Assembly (NCBI GenBank): GCA_037142195.1
Contig: JBAXBA010000032.1
Coordinates: 1-37,912 of the forward strand
Direction: 5' to 3'
Length of the DNA stretch: 37,912 bases
Source: Pseudomonadota bacterium
GTDB taxonomy: Bacteria; Bdellovibrionota_B; Oligoflexia; Oligoflexales; CAIMVM01
Shown here: in pieces, positions 17,888-26,316 of the stretch
Layout of the letters: every line of letters starts with the position of its first letter
Numbering within the stretch: position 1 is the stretch's first letter
The notes under the pieces: generated by a model
What the model saw: the letters and a program-made list of their open reading frames with translations, nothing else
Databases searched by the model: none
What the model was told of the DNA's origin: nothing
Program-made: the position numbers and the translations under genes

Positions 17888-18178
17888 TTATTTATTTGCA
17901 GGTGAAGATTCGCAACAGATCACTTCCTTATGTTTTAAAATATCTTTACTTGCATTTGGACCAAGCTCAGATGTGATATGAGCTTTCCATTCTCACATGA
18001 AACGGGCTTTCTTTTGGGAAAGAGAAAGATCACAGGAAACGTCCTCACTCAAACTAAAATCAGAGGATTCTTTATTCACAAAGTAACAAGAGGCTTTGCA
18101 AAAACATGTCTTCGCAGATGCTGATCCAGAGTGCGCTATGCCCATGATTAAGGCTTCTAAAAGTATTAACTGCTTCAC
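17888..18178 (-). pseudogene. Small secreted-type Cys-rich ORF interrupted by an in-frame TGA (17993-17995)
   Basis: AAGAGGA RBS 8 nt before GTG 18178. Reads MKQLILLEALIMGIAHSGSASA-KTCFCKASC...ARFM*EWKAHITSELGPNASKDILKHKEVICCESSPANK and ends with TAA at 17888-17890. Confidence 0.4.
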
Positions 18179-18255
18179 AATCTGCGTCCTCTTTTTTGGA
18201 AAGAGCTTTTGCAATAGTCGAAGCAAAGATTGACGCTTATAGAAGTAGGGAAAAA

Positions 18256-18332
18256 TGGTGGGTCCAGCAGGACTTGAACCTGCGACCTTCGAGTTATGAG
18301 CACGCTGCTCTAACCAACTGAGCTATAGACCC
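18256..18332 (-). tRNA. tRNA with CAT anticodon, most likely tRNA-Ile2 (lysidine type); elongator Met not excluded
   Basis: 77 nt, GGGTCTATAGCTCAGTTGGTTAGAGCAGCGTGCTCATAACTCGAAGGTCGCAGGTTCAAGTCCTGCTGGACCCACCA, folds as a cloverleaf with encoded CCA. The G1-C72 pair excludes fMet. Position downstream of dnaG-rpoD resembles E. coli ileX. Confidence 0.93.
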
Positions 18333-18373
18333 ACGCGACAACTAAATTGCCACAACCAGTAGGAATTTCAACA

Positions 18374-18400
18374 ATAAAAGCCCACCAGGAGGTGGGCTTT
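18374..18400 (-). terminator. Intrinsic terminator of rpoD
   Basis: Perfect 10-bp inverted repeat AAAGCCCACC-4nt-GGTGGGCTTT; the minus strand continues ...GGGCTTTTATT. Lies about 20 nt after the rpoD stop. Confidence 0.85.
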
Positions 18401-18421
18401 AAAACTAATTTTAGGACAGGT

Positions 18422-20812
18422 CTAGCTTTCAATAAAGGCGCGCAGTTTCTTAGATCGGGAAGGATGGCGCAGCTTTCTCAAAGCTTTTGCTTCAATTTGG
18501 CGAATACGTTCACGGGTCACATCAAAGTTTTGGCCTACTTCCTCAAGGGTATGATCGCTTCTCTCGCCAATACCAAAGCGCATGCGAAGAACTTTTTCTT
18601 CTCTTGGTGTAAGAGTTGCCAAAGCTTTCTCGGTTTGCTCCACAAGCGAAGACCCCATCACATTCTCTGAAGGCGAATGGGTGGACTTATCTTCTAGGAA
18701 ATCACCAATATGATTGTCCTCTTCTTCACCAATAGGAGTTTCCAAAGAAATAGGCTCTACGGCAATTTTTAACACACGGCGGACTTTATCTAAAGACATG
18801 TCCATTCGTGCTGCAATTTCTTCAGGAGTGGGTTCTCGACCCATCTCTTGAACTAAATGGCGGCTAGTTCGTATAAGCTTATTGATCGTTTCAATCATAT
18901 GAACAGGAATTCGAATGGTTCTGGCTTGATCGGCAATAGCTCTGGTAATCGCCTGCCTGATCCACCAAGTCGCATAAGTTGAAAACTTGTAACCCCTACG
19001 GTACTCAAATTTCTCAACAGCTTTCATCAAACCTATATTGCCTTCTTGAATCAGATCAAGAAACTGGAGTCCCCTATTGGTATACTTCTTGGCAATAGAA
19101 ACCACGAGTCGAAGGTTAGCCTCGACAAGCTCTCGCTTGGCTGACTCGGCATCGGTTGCCATGGCGACAAGTTGACGGTAGACGCTCAGAAGCTCTTTAG
19201 AATCCATGGAAGATTCGTCAATGGTTCGAACGAGAGTATCCATAGCTGCTTTAAAGTTTCTATGAACACGCTGCCACTCTCTTTCAGTGGCTTTTCCAAA
19301 TGGGACATCTGGCGTCTTAAGAATATGCTCCTTAAGATCCTCGACAGTACACTCCAAACGACGGCTATAGTAGGCCTGGTCGTTATAAGCTTCCGTGATC
19401 GAAACCGTAAATCCAGCCATAATATCAATGGCTTTTTGCATTAACTTACGGTTGATATTTAAATCCTTGAGGGACTTGAAAATTTCCATTTTAGATTGAT
19501 GGATTTTCTCAGGCTTTGCCCCTTTTCTTTTCAATATGGCTAAATACTCTTCAAATTCTTGGAGAAATTGCTGTGTAGCAACACGAATTTTACTCTCATG
19601 AATTTCTTCGTTATTAGAGGCTTCATCATCATCAAAGCCCTTAATCCAGCCCTTCATCCTAATTTCGCCAGATACGAACTTAGACGCGGTTTCAAAAATA
19701 AGGTCTCGGCCAATTTTCAAATCGAGCATGCGCTCTAGAATGCGGTTTTCTGCATCTTCAATTTTTTTGGCAATTACAACTTCACCTTCACGGGAAAGAA
19801 GCGCTACAGAACCCATTTTACGCAAGTAGATTCTGACCGGATCGTTCGAACGACCGAGATCTAAAGTGGCCATGGACTGAACCGCTTTCACATCCACTTC
19901 TTCGTCTTCTTTTTTATTTGAGTCTTCTTTCGAATTTTGTTCTGCTAGAACTCGCTTGCTCTCTGCTTTGCCTTCTAAGGCGGGCTCGGCTATCGCTCCC
20001 TTTCTCAAGGAAGGACCTCTATCAATAATTTCTATACTGGCATCTGATGCCATAATCATCAATTCATTAACTTCTGCAGCAGTGATCGTCTTTACTGTGT
20101 CGGTAATATTTTGAATGTCTTTGTAGCTGAGGATTCCCTCTTTTTTCTTGGCAGCTTGAGCTACTTTATCAAAAAGCGCCTTGATATCCGTCTTAGCAGC
20201 TTCTGTTTTTGCGGCTTTCTGAAGCACTTTCGAAGAGACTTCTACTTGCGCCACAGGCGACTTGACCGCCTTCTCGTCCATCTTTGGTTTTTTACTTAGA
20301 ATAGGTTCTGTCTTGGAAACGGCAGCTTTTGCTGGAGTCCCTTTGTTGTCTTTGCTGCTGGCCCCAGAAAGAGCAGACTTTACAGCCGTCTTTACAGCCG
20401 TCTTTACAGCCGTCTTTACAACGGACTGAACCACGGTCTTCACTTGAGCTTTAAGGGGCCCTTTGGTTGATTTATTTACAGCCGCTTTTGCGGCAGGTTT
20501 AGTCGTCTTAACCACCTTCTTTTCTTGAAGTTTGGCGGCCGCTTTTTTATCCGCGGGTTTTTGTGCGACCTTAGAGTCTTTCTTTGCTAAATTTTTAGGC
20601 AAAGCTTTTGCTGGCTTTCCCATGGAAGCCTTGGCTATTACCACACCTTTTTTTGATAACACAGGCTTCGCCTTTACGGCTCCCGGCTTTTGCGTCTTAG
20701 AGGAAGGCGATTTTGACAAATTTTTGATGCCTTTATTTAAAGGCTTAGCGCCAGAAGCACCTGATTTACTTGTTGATTTTCCGTTTGGCTTGGCCGTCTT
20801 CTTGTTGAGCAA
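18422..20812 (-). CDS. rpoD: RNA polymerase primary sigma factor RpoD with a long Lys/Ala-rich N-terminal extension
   Basis: Region 1.1 ([11 protein letters not shown]), 1.2 ([11 protein letters not shown]), 2 ([13 protein letters not shown]...[17 protein letters not shown]) and 4 ([33 protein letters not shown]). TTG start with GGAGG RBS. Confidence 0.97.
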   Translation of the reverse strand: MLNKKTAKPNGKSTSKSGASGAKPLNKGIKNLSKSPSSKTQKPGAVKAKPVLSKKGVVIAKASMGKPAKALPKNLAKKDSKVAQKPADKKAAAKLQEKKVVKTTKPAAKAAVNKSTKGPLKAQVKTVVQSVVKTAVKTAVKTAVKSALSGASSKDNKGTPAKAAVSKTEPILSKKPKMDEKAVKSPVAQVEVSSKVLQKAAKTEAAKTDIKALFDKVAQAAKKKEGILSYKDIQNITDTVKTITAAEVNELMIMASDASIEIIDRGPSLRKGAIAEPALEGKAESKRVLAEQNSKEDSNKKEDEEVDVKAVQSMATLDLGRSNDPVRIYLRKMGSVALLSREGEVVIAKKIEDAENRILERMLDLKIGRDLIFETASKFVSGEIRMKGWIKGFDDDEASNNEEIHESKIRVATQQFLQEFEEYLAILKRKGAKPEKIHQSKMEIFKSLKDLNINRKLMQKAIDIMAGFTVSITEAYNDQAYYSRRLECTVEDLKEHILKTPDVPFGKATEREWQRVHRNFKAAMDTLVRTIDESSMDSKELLSVYRQLVAMATDAESAKRELVEANLRLVVSIAKKYTNRGLQFLDLIQEGNIGLMKAVEKFEYRRGYKFSTYATWWIRQAITRAIADQARTIRIPVHMIETINKLIRTSRHLVQEMGREPTPEEIAARMDMSLDKVRRVLKIAVEPISLETPIGEEEDNHIGDFLEDKSTHSPSENVMGSSLVEQTEKALATLTPREEKVLRMRFGIGERSDHTLEEVGQNFDVTRERIRQIEAKALRKLRHPSRSKKLRAFIES
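20378..20420. repeat. 12-bp tandem repeat (CTTTACAGCCGT x about 3.5) encoding VKTA repeats in RpoD
   Basis: Exact copies at 20378, 20390 and 20402, plus a partial copy at 20414. Confidence 0.9.
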
Positions 20813-20885
20813 GGGAGCCTCCAGCTGAATTGTTCAAAAGGATCTTCTATATGACAAAGCCTATTTAATCAACTAATACCTTTCA

Positions 20886-22664
20886 TTAACGGAGATTTCT
20901 CATCTCACGTTCCATCTGAAAAAGCTCATTTTGTAGGGACTGAATTTCTTTGATCATCACCATAAGCTCATCACCTTCTGCACGCCCTACTTGACTCTTC
21001 AAATTCTGAACCGCCATCTTGAGCAGATCCCCTCTCACTTTACCCATCAATATAGAAATCGCTCGCGTCCGGCTTGGGACTTCATAGAGGGGACGTAACG
21101 TCATCAAATACATAATAAATTCAGCTGCTTCAGGATCTTGGGCCATCTTAATTCTTCCCATTTCGTAGCGGCTGGGGGATTCGCCAGAAACAAGAATATC
21201 CAAAAACTCTTCCGCGAGTTGAAGCACCCCTTGGGACAGGCGCATTTCTTCTCTTAAAAAGGCGAGTAGAGCATAAGCGTCTACCTGACCCGGCTCAGCA
21301 AAGAAGATGTGAGCTAAAAGTTCCCTCACATCGCCTTTTGCAGGAGCTTTAAAAGACTCCCTAGGGACCTCCGTGACCGGCTTCACTTTTTCAGCTTTTG
21401 GTAAGTCCTCTTTTAGCAACTGCTCCTGAAGCACAGCTTCTGAGATTCCCGACAGCTGGGACACTCTCGAGACCAAAAATGCCCGGCGAACGGGATCTAA
21501 GGTTTGTCTTAACCAAGGAAGAAGTTCTTTAGATACGACATCAGGTATGGATGTTGAGGATGTTGCCTGGAGCTTTTTTTGAATCGCGTATTGAAGGATG
21601 TCCGTTGCTCCGGCAAAATAGCCTTCAAGAGCCTCTGGGCCTTTTTCCGCCAAAAACTCATCCGGATCAAGCGCATCTGGCAAAGTTACCACTTTGATGC
21701 TGAGTTCGGGAACATTCATGGCTTCAGAAAGCACTCGCATGGTCGCATTCTGACCTGCGCTGTCTCCATCGAATAACAAATAAACTAAACCGGTCACATG
21801 ACTCAAATGCTTTAAATGGGCCAAAGTTAATGCAGTGCCTTGACTGGCAACCGTTTCCGAAAAACCACTTTGCCACATTTTTAAGGCATCAATATAGCCT
21901 TCTACGACAATCGCTCGACCCTTCTTCTTGATCTCTCCCCTAGCTTCGGAAAGCCCGAATAACACATTGCCTTTATCATATCGGGAGTTCTTATATTTTT
22001 GCGGCGATTGATCAAGCGCTCGCCCCCCAAAGGCTATGAGACGCCCTTGAGCATCACGAATGGGGATCATGACTCGATTTCTGAAGAAGTCATGCCATTT
22101 GCGGTCACTCTCATAATAGGTAGCTAAAGAAGCTTGTTCCATTTCCTCATGACTAAACCCTAGACCCCTGAGATAGTTTACTAAATCAAAAGAGCCCCCC
22201 CTGGCATATCCCATACCAAAAGTCTTAATCGACGCCTGAGAAAAGCCTCGACCTTCTAGGTAATCAAGTACAGGTTTTCCTTCCTGGTCCCAAAGGTGGT
22301 CGACGAAAAATTCCTGAGCAGCAAGTACAATTTCATGGCGCCGAAGCCTTGCTTTCTTCTCATGGCTGTCCACTTCTCGTGTTAACTCAGAAACATCAGT
22401 ACCGGTCTTTTGTCCTAACCATTTCAGGGTATCAATAAACCCTAGACCAATTTGCTTTCTTATAAATTCAATAGCATCACCATGGGCTCGGCACCCAAAG
22501 CAGTGAAAATGATCTGAATACACATAAAAAGACGGGGTTTTTTCGTTGTGAAAGGGACAACACCCTCTATAGTTTCCAGAACTCTTTTGCAGCGGAACAA
22601 ATTCCCCAATGAGCTCGGGAAGTATCACTTTTTGAAGAATACTGCGTTTTAAGTCGTCACTCAT
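20886..22664 (-). CDS. dnaG: DNA primase
   Basis: Zn finger CPFHNEKTPSF...HCFGC, FRNRVMIPI, FGGR, KYKNS, TOPRIM VEGYID and FDGDSAG, and DPDE. ATG 22664 with AAGG RBS is preferred over 22694. Confidence 0.96.
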   Translation of the reverse strand: MSDDLKRSILQKVILPELIGEFVPLQKSSGNYRGCCPFHNEKTPSFYVYSDHFHCFGCRAHGDAIEFIRKQIGLGFIDTLKWLGQKTGTDVSELTREVDSHEKKARLRRHEIVLAAQEFFVDHLWDQEGKPVLDYLEGRGFSQASIKTFGMGYARGGSFDLVNYLRGLGFSHEEMEQASLATYYESDRKWHDFFRNRVMIPIRDAQGRLIAFGGRALDQSPQKYKNSRYDKGNVLFGLSEARGEIKKKGRAIVVEGYIDALKMWQSGFSETVASQGTALTLAHLKHLSHVTGLVYLLFDGDSAGQNATMRVLSEAMNVPELSIKVVTLPDALDPDEFLAEKGPEALEGYFAGATDILQYAIQKKLQATSSTSIPDVVSKELLPWLRQTLDPVRRAFLVSRVSQLSGISEAVLQEQLLKEDLPKAEKVKPVTEVPRESFKAPAKGDVRELLAHIFFAEPGQVDAYALLAFLREEMRLSQGVLQLAEEFLDILVSGESPSRYEMGRIKMAQDPEAAEFIMYLMTLRPLYEVPSRTRAISILMGKVRGDLLKMAVQNLKSQVGRAEGDELMVMIKEIQSLQNELFQMEREMRNLR

Positions 22665-22862
22665 ACCTTGCCTTTTTATTGCGCAGGAGAGCATAGGCTG
22701 ACTTTTCCATTTTGTCTAGAAACATCATAAAGATGATTTGCAGATGCTTGAATAGGCCGAAAAACATTTTACTAACGATTCATTTCCCTTTACTATTCGA
22801 CGATAGTGTAAACGCAACAAACTGGAACAATTATGATTTTAGGCTTCCAAAATGAAGTTCGA

Positions 22863-23345
22863 ATGGAAAAGGCTATTCGCCTTTTAGTACAAAATGTCGA
22901 CTCTCCATCTAAATCAGGTAGCCAAAAACCCGTCATTGCACACAGCCTGCGGGTCGCGCATGTTTTAGAGTCTTTAGGATATGGCGGTGACACGATTATT
23001 ATTGCGGTACTCCATGACATCCTTGAAAAGAGCTCCGTAACGGAAAGGGAACTGGCTCAGCAATTTGGAGAAGATATTGCGGGCGCCGTTGGGGCTTTAA
23101 CCGTTCAAAAAGGCAACGACGACTCTTGGGCTAAGTCCCTGAAGTTATGCCAGTTATCAGGGCGCCCTGCGATGCTAGTAAGGTCCGCAGATTTATATGA
23201 TAATTTATGTCGCCAAAAACACTTGGAAAATCGTTCTAAACTAGAAAAGTACCTAAAAAAATTGGCACTTATGAAAGCATCTTGGGGAGAAGAACTAGCC
23301 TTTGAGCCCATATGGCGTCGACTTATTTTAAGCTTTGAAAGCTAG
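22863..23345 (+). CDS. Stand-alone HD-domain protein, SpoT/Mesh1-like (small alarmone hydrolase-like)
   Basis: PVIAHSLRVA, AVLHDILEK, FGEDIAGAVGALT and RSADLYDN match the RelA/SpoT hydrolase pattern. Start is 22833 or 22863. Confidence 0.8.
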   Translation: MEKAIRLLVQNVDSPSKSGSQKPVIAHSLRVAHVLESLGYGGDTIIIAVLHDILEKSSVTERELAQQFGEDIAGAVGALTVQKGNDDSWAKSLKLCQLSGRPAMLVRSADLYDNLCRQKHLENRSKLEKYLKKLALMKASWGEELAFEPIWRRLILSFES

Positions 23346-23415
23346 GGCATCAAAGTCCGCATTAGCTTTTTCTTTTAAACCTGCTACATTGCCACTTCAG
23401 TTTTTTGGAGTGGAT

Positions 23416-23910
23416 ATGCCCTCATTTGATATAGTTAGCGAAGTTGATTTTCAGGAGATTGATAACTCCGTAAACCAAGCTGCTAAAGAGATTGAATCTC
23501 GATTTGACTTTAAAGGATCAAAGTCGTCACTGGATTTCGACAAGACGGCAAAGGTGATTAAGGTTCTTGCCGATGACGACATGAAATTGCGTGCGATGCA
23601 CCAGATTCTCGGGACCAAAATGGCTAAGCGAGGAATCGACTTGCGATCCCTTGATTACGGCAAGGAAGAACTCGGATCTATGAACAGCATCAAGCAGACC
23701 ATCACCCTCAGGAATGGCCTCGACAAAGAAGCCGCTAAGAAAGTTACAAAGATCATCAAAGAGTCTGGCTTAAAAGTTCAAGCCCAGATACAAGATGATC
23801 AAGTTAGGGTAACTGGAAAGAAGATTGACGATCTTCAAGAGGTAATCGCTCTGCTCAAGTCTAATACGGATCTAGGAATTCCCTTACAATATATAAATAT
23901 GCGGAGCTGA
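23416..23910 (+). CDS. yajQ: YajQ family nucleotide/c-di-GMP-binding protein
   Basis: MPSFDIVSE start (GGAG RBS), RFDFKGS, KVQAQIQDDQVRVTGKKIDDLQ and PLQYINMR. Confidence 0.96.
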   Translation: MPSFDIVSEVDFQEIDNSVNQAAKEIESRFDFKGSKSSLDFDKTAKVIKVLADDDMKLRAMHQILGTKMAKRGIDLRSLDYGKEELGSMNSIKQTITLRNGLDKEAAKKVTKIIKESGLKVQAQIQDDQVRVTGKKIDDLQEVIALLKSNTDLGIPLQYINMRS

Positions 23911-23912
23911 AT

Positions 23913-25031
23913 ATGGGTTTTAAATGTGGAATCGTCGGACTGCCTAACGTAGGCAAGTCTACAATATTTAATGCCTTAACTTCCGCTGGAGCGGCGAGCG
24001 CTAACTATCCATTTTGCACCATTGATCCCAATGTGGGCATGGTTGATGTGCCAGATGAAAGACTTGAGCAGCTCAATGTGATTATTAAAGCTCAACGGAT
24101 CATTCCAGCTTCCATGGAGTTTGTAGACATTGCTGGTTTGGTAAAAGGAGCGTCAAAAGGCGAAGGACTCGGAAATAAGTTTCTAGGTCATATAAAGTCC
24201 ACTGATGCCATTGCCCATGTGGTAAGGTGTTTTGACTCAGGCGATATCATTCACGTAGAAGGAAGCGTATCCCCCCTTCGAGATATTTCTATCATTGAGA
24301 CTGAGCTCATTATGTCGGACTTTGAAACCGTCGATGCTGCACTGAATCGGAATCGAAAACTTTCTAGGGGCGGTAAAAAAGAAATCGGCCTGATAATCAC
24401 CATGTTAGAAGCGCTACAAACGCACCTTCAAGACTTAAAACCAGCTCGTACTTTCGACTTAGCGCCCTTTATCGCGGAAAGCGTGGAGGTCTATCATGCC
24501 TATAGAGACTGCCACATGCTTACGGCAAAACGTGTGGTTTATGTCTGTAATGTAGATGAGAGTCTTGCTGCCGGTGACGTTGACAATGAGTTTACAAAGC
24601 AAGTGAAAGAGCATGCCGCAAAAGAAAATGCTGGCGTAGTTATTCTTTGTGGGAAAATCGAAGAGGAACTTTCCAGCTTAACTGGCACAGAAAAGAAAGA
24701 AATGCTTGAAGCCATGGGTTTAAGCGAAGCTGGCTTGAACCGACTCATCCGAACGGGATATTCTCTTTTAGGGCTTCAAAACTATTTTACTGCCGGCGAG
24801 AAAGAGATTCGAGCTTGGACTATCACTCAGGGCACAAAAGCCCCCCAAGCTGCGGGAGTGATTCATTCGGATTTTGAACGTGGATTCATTTGTGCGGAAA
24901 CATACCGCATTGATGGCCTCGTGAAAGCTGGTTCCAAAGCAAAACTTAAAGAACTCGGCCTTCTTCGCCTGGAGGGCAAAGAATACGTGGTTCAAGACGG
25001 CGACGTCATGGAATTTAGATTCAATGTTTAA
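23913..25031 (+). CDS. ychF: Ribosome-binding ATPase YchF
   Basis: GIVGLPNVGKST, ANYPFCTIDPN, DIAGLVKGAS.GEGLGN, NVDE and the TGS-domain motif APQAAGVIHSDFERGFI. Confidence 0.98.
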   Translation: MGFKCGIVGLPNVGKSTIFNALTSAGAASANYPFCTIDPNVGMVDVPDERLEQLNVIIKAQRIIPASMEFVDIAGLVKGASKGEGLGNKFLGHIKSTDAIAHVVRCFDSGDIIHVEGSVSPLRDISIIETELIMSDFETVDAALNRNRKLSRGGKKEIGLIITMLEALQTHLQDLKPARTFDLAPFIAESVEVYHAYRDCHMLTAKRVVYVCNVDESLAAGDVDNEFTKQVKEHAAKENAGVVILCGKIEEELSSLTGTEKKEMLEAMGLSEAGLNRLIRTGYSLLGLQNYFTAGEKEIRAWTITQGTKAPQAAGVIHSDFERGFICAETYRIDGLVKAGSKAKLKELGLLRLEGKEYVVQDGDVMEFRFNV

Positions 25032-25038
25032 ACCTAGA

Positions 25039-25071
25039 GAGGAGTTTTTTGGCAACACCAGAAAACCCCTC
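25039..25071. terminator. Imperfect hairpin after ychF (possible terminator between convergent genes)
   Basis: GAGGAGTTTTTTGG-CAACA-CCAGAAAACCCCTC with one mismatch and one G-U pair; no clean U tract. Confidence 0.4.
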
Positions 25072-25206
25072 CCACTCTTTGCAGCTTTGCTGAATTTTAC
25101 TTTATAATCGGCAGGTAGAGGTGGATCCGCAAGACTACATAACTTTTCTTCTACTACTATTACGGCCCATAAACTGGTCCAGAAAAGTCGAAGCCCAATT
25201 CAAAAC

Positions 25207-25854
25207 CTATCTTCCTTCAAGAATTTGCCTAAGTGATTCTTGGCACTGGCTCTCAAAGGTAAAAGTACCAAAATCTTGTACTTGGCCCTGCCGAGTCAGA
25301 CAAATAAGGCTCGTATTCGTTGACGAGGCTGGCTTTCCGCAAAAGCAACGTCCATTCTGTTTAAGTTGTGCCCGAGCACTATTGCATTGGGATTCAAAAG
25401 TAGTTTCAAGGATAACTTCGCCAAGCCTTCCGCCTCTAACCAAAGTAAGCTCTGTGTTAGAAGAAACTGGAGATCTACGGCAGAAGGTATCGATAGATCG
25501 ATCGGAATCAGAATCACGGCCACCTCCAGCAAGCTGGCTCACAAATGGGCCTTCACAGCTGACTCGATTTCTTGAAAAAATTCTATCGGCGAGATCTAAA
25601 CACTGGCTGTAAGTAGTTTGCCTACACTGATAACTAGCATCGCGAGAGTCTTGAGCCAAAACAATACTTCGAAACTCTTCTCTTGAGCTCATTCCATCGT
25701 CGACGAGAACTTTACAAGAAAACAGCTGTTCCCGATTTAGTCTTTCATTTGGTGCAGCGTTCGCAGCGCCCATCTGACTGAAAATGGTTGCACCAAGCAC
25801 CAAAAATGCAAATAGCCTAAAAAAAGTTCTTTGACCCGATTTCTTGATCTTCAT
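25207..25854 (-). CDS. Secreted Cys-rich hypothetical protein with an internal repeat
   Basis: Signal peptide (basic N-region, hydrophobic core, ANA|A), 10 Cys, two TFESQC repeats and an AGGAG RBS. Confidence 0.8.
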   Translation of the reverse strand: MKIKKSGQRTFFRLFAFLVLGATIFSQMGAANAAPNERLNREQLFSCKVLVDDGMSSREEFRSIVLAQDSRDASYQCRQTTYSQCLDLADRIFSRNRVSCEGPFVSQLAGGGRDSDSDRSIDTFCRRSPVSSNTELTLVRGGRLGEVILETTFESQCNSARAQLKQNGRCFCGKPASSTNTSLICLTRQGQVQDFGTFTFESQCQESLRQILEGR

Positions 25855-26025
25855 TTTGATCTCCTCTTTCCATAGTTGTAAAGCTAGTCCCTTATTTAAT
25901 TGCTAAATGCAATTTATAGGCCATAGATAATGTCGTCACAAAAGCACGTTAATTTGATTGGATTTGACTTAAAAAAAGTATGAGTCCCTCTGACAACAAG
26001 CTCTTTGGATCTAGCAGTGGAACTT

Positions 26026-26058
26026 TTTCTATACCGCAACATTGGCGCGGTATAGAAA
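26026..26058. repeat. Perfect 12-bp inverted repeat
   Basis: TTTCTATACCGC-AACATTGGC-GCGGTATAGAAA. Confidence 0.8.
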
Positions 26059-26316
26059 TGTTACTTTAATGACTCTGCCCCGTGTGCCATTTCAAGGCAT
26101 TTCGCAGTGTTTCCCCCGGAAATTAGGTTAGTCCTAAAAACCTCCTAGTTTCCTCAGATACTACTTTTTACCTGAATGGGAAGAATGAAAATCAATGGAA
26201 AGATCAGATTACCGGCGTTATTATCATCGACTTAAAAACTTAGTAGCTGCTTCTGATGACATAAGAAAATTTGAGGTCTATGGGATTTCTAGAGTGAGCG
26301 GTGTTCTTCAAGTCGG

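Noticed and set aside
18347..18670. 107-aa plus-strand ORF over the rpoD 3' end
   Set aside because: Antisense frame of the conserved sigma region 4, and it crosses the terminator.
20378..20420. Tandem repeat as a possible CRISPR array
   Set aside because: Contiguous 12-bp units without spacers, inside rpoD, and no cas genes.
23335..23415. N-terminal extension of YajQ in the ORF track
   Set aside because: The family begins at MPSFD, which has its own GGAG RBS at 23407-23410.
25121..25612. 163-aa plus-strand ORF
   Set aside because: Overlaps antisense to the better-supported signal-peptide protein at 25207-25854.
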